A DNA stretch of 64,000 nt from Tubulanus polymorphus (Eukaryota > Animalia > Nemertea). The DNA lies in assembly GCF_964204645.1 (NCBI RefSeq), contig NC_134029.1, forward strand, positions 15,556,950-15,620,949. The letters run 5' to 3'. Shown piece by piece: positions 52,883 through 64,000 of the stretch. How positions within the stretch are numbered: the stretch's first letter is position 1; every line of letters begins with the position of its first letter. The notes under the pieces were generated by a model. It had not been told where the DNA came from, made no database searches, and worked only from the letters and a program-made list of their open reading frames with translations. A program made the position numbers and the translations under genes.

Positions 52883-54463
52883 TATTAGATATTTAAATCA
52901 TTTAACTTAATTCAATAATTATTTGACTATTTAATTTATTTTTTATGTAGAATTGTTACTCTTTACACCAGTTTTTATGTTTAATTGTTTGATAATGCTT
53001 TGATTTACGTGATTTTGAATATTTACCTCCGCAATAACAATGTATTTTTTCATTAGGATTAAATCTTTTGAATTCATTTTCTAAATCAAATTGAATTGCA
53101 ATATCTTCAAAAGATTTACTATTTTCTAAATCACACTGAATTGCAATATCTTTTAAAAGAATTATTGTTTTCTAAATCACATTGAATTGCAATATCTTTA
53201 GAAGAATTGTTGTTTTCTAAATCACATTGAATTCCAATATTTGATGAATTTTCATTATAGATAATTTGTTTATTATCAAAATTACAATAATATAATTGTC
53301 GTTTTTCAACTCTTAAGTCTATCCTATCATTACTTTTTGAAAGTATTATATCACTTTCTCTTTCATTAAAAGGAAATTTAAGAATATTTATTATGTTTTC
53401 ATCTAAATTACCTTTATAATTTAAAACTGTATTAAATATTTTAGGATTTTTGGCACCATTATCTAGAGTATCTATTAGTTCAGTAATTAAATATGTTTCA
53501 TTTAATAATATCTGATTAATTACAGTAATATTATCAATTTTATATTGTCTTCCATACACTAAATTTTTTGCTGAGATACAATTTTTAATGTTAAATAGTG
53601 AAAATAATTCATCAAAATTCTTTTATTTCAATTTTAAATTCCATTTCTTCTTTCATTTATATAGCAAAATTATTACTCACACTTTTAACATTGAAAATCT
53701 AAATTATTTTACTCACACTTTACTCACACTTTTAACATTGAAAATCTAAATTATTTTACTCACACTTTACTCACACTTTTAACATTGAACAATTTTTTCA
53801 TTTTATTAGCGCTTTTATATTAAAAAGTTTATTTTTGGAAAAAAGCAAAGAAAAAATTAATTTTTCTTAACACACTACTTTTGTCTATCTACGTTTTTTC
53901 ATGACGTGATTTTTGGGATTTATCGATGTATTTTTTACAATATGGACAATAATATTGATTTTTATTGACATAATTGTTTTCTGTATGTTGTTCATTATCC
54001 CCCATTTATAAGGAAAAAAAATTACTTGTGGTGATGAGTGGTGTCTCGTACTCTCGTACTCTGATCTGAAAGCCCACTCTCCCAATTACTAACAGTTGTT
54101 AGAATTCTATGATCATTGCAAAATTAGATACGCTGAATTAAAAGATAACATAAAATTATCTATCAGATAGAATTAATAATATTTAGTGTTGTGCAATATG
54201 TAATAAGAAGTATAAAAATGAAAAATCATTAAGAAATCATAATTATATTCATTAACTCAATGAAAAATTATATGAATCAAAATAAGATATATGATATTTC
54301 AATTAATACCCCTTGTGTCTTTATTATCTTTAGTAGGTTTAATTACTAGTTACTTTTTATATTGAAAATTGATTTTTTATTATCCGAAATCTATATTTTA
54401 TCTTATTTTCTAGATTATTATGCTAACATTTTACTCACACTTTTAAAACATGAATATTTTAAG

Positions 54464-54613
54464 AGTAAATAGGAATAAGTTGTTTCAGGTTAAAGGTTGA
54501 AGGGGCGAGTGAGTAAAAAATAAAAATGAATTCGAGCGTGCGAGAATTTATTTTTATTTTTTATGAGCTTGGCCCCTCGACCTTTGGCCTGAAACAACTT
54601 ATTCCTATTTACT
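54464..54613 (+). repeat. 150-bp terminal palindrome of Polinton D
   Basis: agtaaataggaataagttgtttcagg...cctgaaacaacttattcctatttact. Confidence 0.88.
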
Positions 54614-54774
54614 ATTGTTCTATTAGACACAGAGGACTCTCATAGCGATGGAAGATGTCTCTGTGGGATTGATTTGATTTGGGTTGTTTCAACAATTATT
54701 ATTAGTTCTTTATCAACTTACTTGTTTTTACTTCTATCAAAATGTTTTGTAATCGATGGTCATACTTATTCCAG

Positions 54775-54900
54775 ATATCAATGAATGTAGGGAAAATGCG
54801 TCTTTGTGTCTGAATGGAAAATGCGAAAATACACCTGGGACATATCTATGCATTTGTAATGCTGGATATGAAGTAACAGCAAATCGAGATACTTGCGTAG
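54775..54900 (+). CDS. Fibrillin-like host gene, cbEGF exon
   Basis: ttccag|...|gtaagg, 126 nt; DINECRENASLCLNGKCENTPGTYLCICNAGYEVTANRDTCV. Confidence 0.94.
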
Positions 54901-55022
54901 GTAAGGCATAGATAATAAGTTGTCTAACCAAAAAGAGTTATAAGCGAGCATAATTATTTCATGAACGTCTTCGTTAACATATAAGCTCATTTGCCATCCA
55001 TTAGCCAATTACTTTTGACCAG

Positions 55023-55148
55023 ATGTAAATGAATGCGAACAGGACCCTCATCTATGTCATGGTGGAATATGCAAGAACAGTTTAGGGAGTTTTCGTTGTA
55101 TATGTCGTAGAGGATATGTATTATCATCAAATGGAAGAATATGTGTGG
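55023..55148 (+). CDS. Fibrillin-like host gene, cbEGF exon
   Basis: gaccag|...|gtgagt, 126 nt; [42 protein letters not shown]. Confidence 0.94.
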
Positions 55149-55655
55149 GTGAGTAGAATATTTATATCAACTTATTCTTATTCTATTAGTTCTGATGGCC
55201 TCTTGCTTATATCGCTAAACAGTGATGTTAATAAGCCACATTTTGAATGTATGTTAGCACCAGTTGGAAATTGCAGATGATTTAGATAATCAAACAAGCT
55301 ATTGTTTAAATTTCCTGGCTGTGACTCGGCTGTTCAACTTTCGAAAGTCCTGTTTTGTGGTTCGCATTTTGGTAGATCGATAACCATTCGTATGCTTATT
55401 ACACTACGCTCAAATTTATCTTAGCATATTCAAGTGCAATTTCAGTAGCCTGTTATTTCACCAATAACAGGCGAATTGAGCCGAATTACCAAATATATAT
55501 TTCCTTATTTGTTTTTCTTTATGGTGCGCAAAGTTGAAGGCCATTTTTGACAAATTTTCAAACATACATATTTTGCAAACTGGGTATCGGTAAAACGTAC
55601 AGGGACAAATTGTCTGAGGCAAAATTATCTAAACTTGTTCCTGGTTATCTCGCTA

Positions 55656-56015
55656 CAGTAAAAATGGCGTAAGTCGGGCACGGTGAGATAACGGAAAATG
55701 TCGTACTCCCATGGGTAAGTCGGATTTTAGGGGCTTTCTAAGAAATATTCGGGTTAGCTAAACATTAAGATTCAGTAAGAAAAAGTGATTTTATCCTCAC
55801 CTCGCATGAAACACAACTTTATAATCCAGAGAAGATTTAGAACGTGAATCGAAGAAATTGACTCGAAATTGAATTTATTAAATCCAAAATATCATATTTG
55901 TTTCAAGTCCGTAAATCGCCGTTATTCCATACACACTAATGATCAGCATTTTTCGCACTAAGTCCTCTCGAGGAAGTCAACGACTTCTAGCATTCGACTT
56001 ACGCCATTTCTACCG
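55656..56015. mobile_element. Tc1/mariner-type MITE with TA TSD
   Basis: ta|cagtaaaaatggcgtaagtcg...cgacttacgccatttctaccg|ta. Confidence 0.72.
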
Positions 56016-56683
56016 TATCGCCATTTATCAATTTCAATTCGGTAACCATTCTGAGGGGTGCTGGCATTAGTTGGTATAACGTAACGGAACAGATAATAAG
56101 GGTCCACGGTCCTTTTCTCTTTACGTCATCTCTCTAGATCAAATCACGGCCCCTGGCGAGAAAGTCGATCACGAACACGAATAAACAAGCAACCAAGTAT
56201 AAAAGGAACTCCAAATTTGATTTTGATGGAAATATACAATGAAAATCTATTCACTAAATCAGAAATTGTTCCTACCTTTGACCTGATTTTGAATAGATAT
56301 ACAAATTATATTTCAAATCCGATACATAAAACTTTAACATCCAACCACACAATCCAAAAATGTAGCTCTCCCTGCTCTACGAGACGAGTTCCCTCCACTC
56401 ACAGGATATGCGACTCGTTTTATACGACCAAGTCCACACCAAGGAAAACCCAGAACAAGGAATGTAGCCGGACTTAAAAGGGCCTCATTGCCCCTAGCAA
56501 ATTCATTCCGTAACTATAGCACCGTGATGACCTTCGAGTAACAACCGATTTTTCACCATAGTATTAGACTATTTGTTATCTTAATCAAAAAGATATCTAA
56601 ATATTTGTGCTAATAAATTATAAGTAACGATCACTTTCTAAATTCTAACATGATGTTGTTTTAATTAGTAAATACTTTTCCAG

Positions 56684-56839
56684 ACAAAAGAGAGGGATAC
56701 TGTTATAAGAAATTTGAAAATGGACGATGTCATGATCCCCGAAGAACCAGGACAAGTCTAGCCAACTGTTGCTGCACATCAGGTGCTGCGTGGAGTTGGG
56801 GGAATGGAGCCTGTGAAGTCTGTCCTGACCGTGACCAAG
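56684..56839 (+). CDS. Fibrillin-like host gene, TB (8-Cys) domain exon
   Basis: ttccag|...|gtatgg, 156 nt; DKREGYCYKKFENGRCHDPRRTRTSLANCCCTSGAAWSWGNGACEVCP has the CCC..G.AW..CE.CP motif of fibrillin/LTBP TB domains. Confidence 0.93.
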
Positions 56840-57529
56840 GTATGGTTTTTTGAGACTGTTGATAATTAGTTAAGAGTTATCGGTGTCACAAAGGAGACGA
56901 TCTATTCATCATTGCCGATTTCCGATTGAAAGATTTCCATTGCGCGTTGTACCAGTGAACCCGACCGACTAGATTGAGCAAATGTTGATATAAAGAAGTA
57001 ACGCTGCGATCTCCTCTTATATATCATTAACGGGTAACAATGAGTGACCCATGTGGTACAGTTTGCAGAAAATCTCTTATTCAGGTACGAGTCGATTACA
57101 TATGACATGTGTCGTATGATATCTCCGACGATATGGAATCTAATATGACACGTCGTATCCACTGCTGCCAATGAAAGATCTCGGAAAAAGCCAACGACAT
57201 ACATGATAATCAAACACAAAACGTATGGTAGTTGTAACGTTTAACGTTACAACTACCATACACTTTGTGTAATTTTTCCTAATTACCGAACTGATTCAAA
57301 TAACGGCGGCGGATCCGGAGCCAACTAATTTTAAAAAGGCCTTAGATGCAACATACCACCAAATAAATGCTGCATTGTATCCGCCACTGCACTTGAAACT
57401 GCTCTGTCTATAAAAGAAGAAATCCCACATTTCGAAGTAAATAAAACTGTTCTGCCTAGTCTTATTAGAACCAGCGGTCTTAAATTCTTAAGCCAACGGC
57501 TCAACTTTTGTTGAGAGGGGCATATAGAT

Positions 57530-58635
57530 TTACCTGCCATTGGGTTGATTTGAATCAAATTATCGCCACCAGGGGCCAACATAAAAAAATGACGTTAACA
57601 GCCTAAATGCCGCAATTGGTGACCGTTTCATGGTGACCGTTTCATTTCAAACTTGGTGCACAAGTAGGATGTCATCTGGCCGAGAACCATATTTGAAATT
57701 AGGTTGATTCGATTCAAATTATGGCAACCTGAGGACCGGCATGAAAAACAACGTTAACAGCCTAGAGGCCGCAATCATTGACCGATTCATTTCAAACTTC
57801 GTACACAAGTAGGGGAATACTTGGGCCAGAACCTTACTTATAATTGGGTTGATTTCATTCAAATTATTGCCACCAGGGGGCCGACATGAAAAACGATGTT
57901 AACAGCCTAGAGGCCGCAATTGTTGACTGATTGTTTTCAGACTTGGTACACAAGTAGAGTATCACTTGGGCCGGAACCCTATTTAGAATTGAGTCAATTC
58001 GAATAAATGGCCACCTGGGGTCTGAAATGAAAACTCGAGGCCACGATTGTTGGCCGATTTATCTCAAACTTGGTACACAAGTCGGCCAAAGGCCTATTTA
58101 AAATTGATTCAAATTATGGCCACCAGGGGCCGACCTGAGGAACAACGTTAACAGCCTAGAGGCCGCAATCGTTGACCGATTCAAATTATGGCTATCAGGG
58201 GAAAACAGCGCACTTGGTTAAGCCTACACAAGTAGAGTATCACTTGGGCCGGAACCCTATTTAGAATTGAGTCAATTCGAATAAATGGCCACCTGGGGTC
58301 TGAAATGAAAACTCGAGGCCACGATTGTTGGTCGATTTATCTCAAACTTGGTACACAAGTCGGCCAAAGGCCTATTTAAAATTGATTCAAATTATGGCCA
58401 CCAGGGGCCGACCTGAGGAACAACGTTAACAGCCTAGAGGCCGCAATCGTTGACCGATTCAAATTATGGCTATCAGGGGAAAACAGCGCACTTGGTTAAG
58501 CCTAGAGGCTGCAACTGTCGATCAATTTCTTTCACTTACTTTGTGCACATGTTCTCTAATATTATTTACCACAAACCCTGTAACTCACGTGGCGGTGAAT
58601 TTCAGGCCGGGGGCATTCGAGGCTTGCCTCATTCT
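57530..58635 (+). repeat. HINE-like core tandem array (~150-bp units) with a 278-bp near-perfect duplication
   Basis: aacagcctagaggccgcaat / aaacttggtacacaagt units; duplication starts at 57947 and 58225. Confidence 0.75.
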
Positions 58636-60078
58636 TTAGCAAATCATTACGATCGTCAGATCTTTACTAGAATATGACCAGGATATGACCAATTAGCGGA
58701 CGATTTCAGGCACAGACCAATAGATCTTATCACCAACATATCCAGGACAGACATCGCCACCAATGAGACTCTATTCAAGTTTGAAACCTTGATTATTTCG
58801 GTTCGAACAAAGTGGCTGATTGTTTTGGAAATTTCATAAGATGTGAAAATCTAGAACTTAACATTTTGTTGTCGTACTAGGAGAAAAGACGATAAGCTTC
58901 TTGAAAGGCAGAGGCAAAACTTGTCTGGGCTTGCTAGTCTGGGAAGGTTATCATAAGGCCAAAACTAATAGATTAGTGTTCCTTATAAAGTAATCATATT
59001 AAATCCATTGTGTTTAAACATAGGCAGATCTATTAGCTCTATCACTAGTCCGAGATTTTGTTCGTTCACATTGAGAAGATAATGAAAGATACATCATCTT
59101 TCTTGTATTTATGGTACAGATGACACGGGGGATGCCTAATTGGATATGTGCAAATTTCACACTCAAGTCAACTGTATATTTCCTTGAAGTCAATAGTACC
59201 ATAGTTATCATGTGTATGAGTAATTGTAATATGGCGTTTTCAGACCAGAGGACTAGAGGACGACACACCACTCATCACCACAAGTAGTTTTCCCCATAAT
59301 AAATGGGAGATAGAAAAGCATTCTTAGCAACAATAAATAACAGAATAAAACCAACAAAAAACAATTTGAAATAAAAAAGTTAGTCGGTGTTACAAAAGAA
59401 ATTGAACACAAAATAATGAAATTAGAAAAGATAAAAACTAAATATAGAAGAAAGTAACAGCAAATTTAAGCTACTGTAATGTTAGTACAACGCGAGAATT
59501 TAAAGTATTTTTACCTAATAAATGGGTTGCATTGAGTACAGAGGAATTAAAAGATTTAGAAGGATTTAAAATAATTTACCATGGGAAAAATGAAGACGGG
59601 CATCATGATTTTGAAGTTTTTGATTAAAAAAATAAATTGATAATAAAATTAATTAAATATTAAGAATAAAAAAATAATATCAAGAATCCGAAATGACTTA
59701 TCTGGACAATTTAATTGCTCCGCATAGACTGACAAAAGTAGTGAGATATTCAATTAATTAAAATAAAATCATTTTTTTGCTTTTTTTCTAAAATATTATT
59801 CCATTTTTTTTTTGTGAATTTTGGAATATCAGAAGTATTTTCATTTTTAATAGCAGTAGTTTCAGAATTATTGATAACATAAATTTTATTTGATTTCTTA
59901 TACCAACTACACCCAAACAAAATGAATACAATTACAAATCCAGTTGTAAAATACAGATATTTATCAAATATTCTATTATTAGAAGGAGGAGAAATAACAA
60001 TATTTTCACCATTTTTATTGACATTTTTATTACTTATTTTTTCTTTTACAGCTTTTTTATATTCCTGTGATTTAATTC

Positions 60079-60705
60079 CTAATTGCCGAGACCATTCAAT
60101 TTGTTTCTGAGTTCTCGGTTTTTTTCTTCACAGTTAATCCTTTCACCTCTTCCACTTCGCCCATTTATTGTAGAAAAATTTTTACTTTCAAGATTTGAAA
60201 ATGTTATAGCTCCAGTTGATAATAGCGTCATAAATCCCCCTAATTGAAATGATGAATATCCAATCCATTTATTTAATTCAGTCATAACTAAATAATCATT
60301 TTTTAAATCGGAATATGATTTATTTTCATCTTGAATTGGCAGCATATAATTACATAATTTACTATAACCTTTTACTACATTTTCTGATATCGCATCATTA
60401 ATTCTAGCTATTCTCGCAGTTTCATTAATCTTAAATAATTTATTAATTTCATCTGATTTCATTGTATCTAATTCATCATAAGTTACATTTTTACTAATAA
60501 AACTTTTACATTTCCCAGATGCTATTAATATTTCTAATTGATGTTTGCAATAAAGGTAATATTCATAATTATTGTTTGTAGTTATATCATTCAAAGCACC
60601 ATTATTATCTGACGCTTATTTTGTTTCTGTTATACCTAAATCATCCAAAGTTTTTTCAATTGGAACATCACTATTTTTAGATTTTATTTTCTTTTCACCT
60701 CCCAT
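60079..60705 (-). pseudogene. Polinton hypothetical protein downstream of the ATPase
   Basis: TAAATG at 60705; 171-aa ORF 60079-60594. Confidence 0.5.
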
Positions 60706-60734
60706 TTATATAAGAAACAATTTAGTTGCGTTGT

Positions 60735-61020
60735 TGCAACTAGAATTCAACTAGAATTTAACTAGAATGTAAATAAAAATATACTAGATTAACAAGCTAG
60801 TTGAAATATTGTTTTTATTTATTTTTGTTGAATTTTATTTGATTTTTGTTTCAACTACCAATAACTAGAATTCAACTAGAATGTAACTAAAAATATACTA
60901 GATTAACAAGCTTGTTGAAATATTGTTTTTATTTATTTTTTTTTTTGTTTCAACTACCAATAACTAAAATTTAACTAGAATGTAACTAAAAATATACTAG
61001 ATTAACAAGCTAGTTGAATT
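60735..61020. repeat. Three imperfect copies of a ~90-130-bp repeat
   Basis: aactagaatgtaa.taaaaatatactagattaacaagct.gttgaa occurs three times. Confidence 0.8.
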
Positions 61021-61034
61021 TAAATAAATTCATA

Positions 61035-61624
61035 TTTAAATCGGTGTTGTAATCGAAATAGTAATTTTGATCTTTTATCATTTTTCAATTTATCCATATA
61101 TTATGTAAATCATGTGGAATCATATCATTTTCCTCAAGTGCATTTTTCATCGATTTCCTATCTTTATTGTAGAATAATACTAAAAATCTTATATTCTCCC
61201 TAAAATCTTTCACAATCGAATTATATTTTTGATTTAAAACACACGTTGTTATTCCAAAATGTCTCCCAGAGAAAGCTAAATAGCATAACTCACTTTCTCT
61301 AACTTTTGAATCATGTAAATTTGCCCAATCATCTATGATAAATAATGCATTTGATCCTTTATAGATATCAATTGCTATTTTGATACAATTATCTAAATTT
61401 TCTTCAACTGTTTTAGGATTTAATACAATAAATTTATTATTTCTAGTAATATTTCTATCATAAGTTTGATTAAATTCAGACGTTTGACAAAATAATACTA
61501 TATTATCAAAATAGTTTTTATAAATAGTTTCTAATAAATTTAATATAAATTAAGTTTTTCGACAATTTGTTACACCAGAAATTAACATATTATGAGGCTC
61601 AAATATAAATAATTCCCTATTCAT
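61035..61624 (-). pseudogene. A32/FtsK-HerA-type packaging ATPase with internal stops
   Basis: Manual translation: MLISGVTNCRKT (degenerate Walker A), LFIIDD (Walker B), SGRHFGIT..NQ..REN. Confidence 0.85.
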
Positions 61625-62548
61625 TTATGTATTTTTAATTTTACTCGATAATATCCATTCATTGTATTTATCTGGCCATCCAACCCATTTTACTAAAGAA
61701 TATTTTTTTCTATTAACAGTTTTTGTTTTTAATACTTTTTCAATTTTATATTCTTGTTCTAGATTTTCAGTAGTTAAACTTAATTCTTCTTCATAAAAGT
61801 ACCCATCTACTTCTTTACCATTTAAATCTTCTAATTTATAGACATATGGTTTTGTTGTTATTACCTTTTTTATTTTGTATATATCTCTAGTAAAATTACG
61901 ATCATATCCTTTGTCAAATATCTTTTCATACTTAGAAATTCTAACATTTTGACCAACTTTAAATTTAGGTTCACCAAAATCATCTATAAGAAATAATATA
62001 AATTATTCCATATAAAATTTTGTGATTATCTAAGAGTTCATGAACAAGTGAATGATCGAATTCTTTTCCATCATCAAATTGTATTTTTTCTGGTTTTAGT
62101 TTATCATCCGAAAGAAATTTTCTTAAAACATTTGATGTTTGTACAGCATCTTTTTTGTAAAGTGGGAAGCTCCATACATAACCACTAAAAATATCAATTA
62201 TATTTAATATCCACCAATAATCATTATTATCTTTCTCAACATTTTTCTTATCAATTAAATCTCCTTGCCACTGTTGATCTACATAACTTACCATAGTTTT
62301 ACGAGTTTTATATTTTCTAACAATTTTTTTATGCGTTGTATATGTTGGTTGTTCTAACATAAATTCATTTTATCTTTATATTTAACTAAACTTTGTGGGA
62401 TTATCTTATCTAATTTATCTAATTTTACTTGACGCCATATGTTTTTTACAGAAGAATAAGCAACCGAACTCTCAGGATTATAATATAAATTTCTTAGATA
62501 TTGTTCTCTAGTATTTCGAGTTTTTTTTACCCCCCCCCCCCCCCCCAT
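61625..62548 (-). pseudogene. Retroviral-like (rve) integrase with C-terminal chromodomain; frameshifted and internally deleted
   Basis: YYNPESSVAYSS; QWQGDLID..IIDIFS..IQFDDGKEF; KFKVGQNVRISK..FDKGY..YFYEEEL; LVKWVGWPDKYNEW. Confidence 0.92.
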
Positions 62549-62579
62549 TTATATATCGTTAATTTTAAACTTTATATTT

Positions 62580-63860
62580 CTAATATTGAATACTATCTAA
62601 TTGAGAATTTTCAATATTTAATTGCGCGTCAGATATAATATAAACGTGCATTTTGAAATTTTTGATTCCTTTTTTCTTGTTCATGAATAATTGTATTCCA
62701 TCTTTTGTATTTTGTAATTTGTTCCCAGAACCATGTAATGAATTATCCTCTGTTGTTCTAAAATCTAACCATAGTGCATATTTATTGCCGGTATAATAAT
62801 CAATTTGATTCATATTACAATTTTCAGATGATTTTACGTTTTCATTCATAAAATGATTTCTAATTTCTGGCCACTGATCTATCATTCTCATTCCTTGACA
62901 AAATATTTTATTCGCTATACCTTCAATAGTTATTTCTACCTTTGATATTTCAGGATTATAATAATTATCAACATTTATTGCACCATTAGAATATGTTGCA
63001 ATGGTAAAAAATATTAATATACCTTTAATAGATCTTCTTGGGAAGTTAATATTCTCATTAATTATTTCATCATTTGCATTAATAGTTACAGTTTTAAATT
63101 TATCAATATAATCATATAATAATGAAAATCCTTGATTGTATTGAGTTTGAATTATGCTTGAAATATTTTCATCAGTTACTGTATCATATTCTAAACATAT
63201 ATTCGATAATTTATATCCCATATCTTTAACAACGCTAGATAGCACAATTGCATCATCTTTAACAACGCTAGATAGCACAATTTCATTAACAGGAGCAAAT
63301 GTTATTTCGAATATAACATCTTCTTGAATTGCGTATTTATACAAAGGTGCATTATTATTTATCAATTCAAACTCTAATGGAATTTGATATTTGCTGCCAT
63401 AAATCTTTTTTATCAAATTACCTGTAGCATTAGTTACTACTGGATTATTAGCTTCTGATCTTAATTTATTTTGGTTTTCTGATTGGATGCCTTGAAATAT
63501 CATATTATTTCTATTTTCTTTTGTTAACCATAAATCTTTATAATGCATAAATAAATTATAACCATCTAATGAGAAAACTGTTTCTGGTCCAATCTTTATA
63601 GTTAATTTTTTAATCAAATATCCTCCAACATTATCAACAACATAATTGTTATCATGACCAGTTACTTTTATATCAGCAGATAAATAAATACTATTTGGAA
63701 CATAAAAAGTATTTTGATTTAATCTCGGGATTCAAACATATAAAGTTTCATCAGGATTAATATTAGAAGGATTATGAGTAATTATATGATAAGATCTCTC
63801 TGCTTTAATAGAATTAGATATTCTAGAATTCTTAGAAGGATTTATATAACTCCCACGTAT
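62580..63860 (-). pseudogene. Major capsid protein, second copy; 5' end disrupted, 33-bp in-frame duplication
   Basis: 345-aa ORF highly similar to 18586-19815; IVLSSVVKD occurs twice. Confidence 0.8.
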
Positions 63861-64000
63861 TTATTTTAAAAAAGATTAATTATTTATTTGTTATCATATT
63901 CACTTACCCAAAAATAATAGCACTTACAACTGTAATTAAAAATAAAATAATATGTTCAGCAGTAAAGTTAAGAATATTCCCAGCAGATTTTAAAACAAAA

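Larger units (their letters stand above)
48148..54090. mobile_element. Palindromic (fold-back) non-autonomous Polinton E, 6-bp TSD AACAGT
   Basis: Termini agtaattggga / tcccaattact; aacagt at 48142-48147 and 54091-54096; arms 48148-50631 and 51211-54090 are mirror images. Confidence 0.93.
46138..54613 (+). mobile_element. Non-autonomous Polinton derivative D, host of nested element E
   Basis: Truncated left TIR 46138-46230 mirrors 54450-54555; 117-aa ORF copy; pPolB N-terminal zinc-finger remnant at 46645-46915; ORF IKQLLEFYD split at 48147/54097. Confidence 0.82.
59219..64000 (-). mobile_element. Polinton/adintovirus-like element C; runs off the right edge of the window
   Basis: Left terminus agtaattgtaatatgg..cagaccagaggac; 59240-59710 mirrors 4960-5410; carries ATPase, integrase and MCP. 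Confidence 0.92.

Noticed and set aside
57221-57265. Short near-perfect palindrome gtatggtagttgtaacgt-tta-acgttacaactaccatac
   Set aside because: Probably a collapsed MITE remnant; no further supporting context
62530-62548. Poly-Gly N-terminus of the integrase as a functional motif
   Set aside because: Comes from a C-homopolymer that is prone to slippage or sequencing error

Overview
AT-rich animal genomic DNA, probably from an invertebrate (the repeat types suggest a lophotrochozoan or other marine invertebrate). The + strand carries 7 phase-1 exons of a fibrillin-like gene: 6 cbEGF exons and the first exon of an 8-Cys TB domain. Its large introns hold at least 6 related, decayed Polinton/Maverick (adintovirus-like) insertions encoding pPolB, major and minor capsid proteins, integrase and packaging ATPase. 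Also present are two Harbinger elements, a LINE fragment, Helentron-type HINEs, MITEs and a Penelope-like remnant. Main observations: (1) one pPolB copy has a LAGLIDADG intein at the motif-C (Pol-c) site resembling giant-virus inteins, with an intein-free allele 22 kb away; (2) more than 20 Polinton ORFs start with TAAATG, and an NCLDV-type HNH fragment lies nearby, suggesting a virophage-like dependence on a large DNA virus; (3) a 5.9-kb whole-element palindrome integrated with a 6-bp TSD; (4) terminal hairpins that co-vary between copies, with G-T wobbles on one strand; (5) tandem LC8-type motifs in an accessory protein. All calls are by eye, and novelty was not checked against databases.
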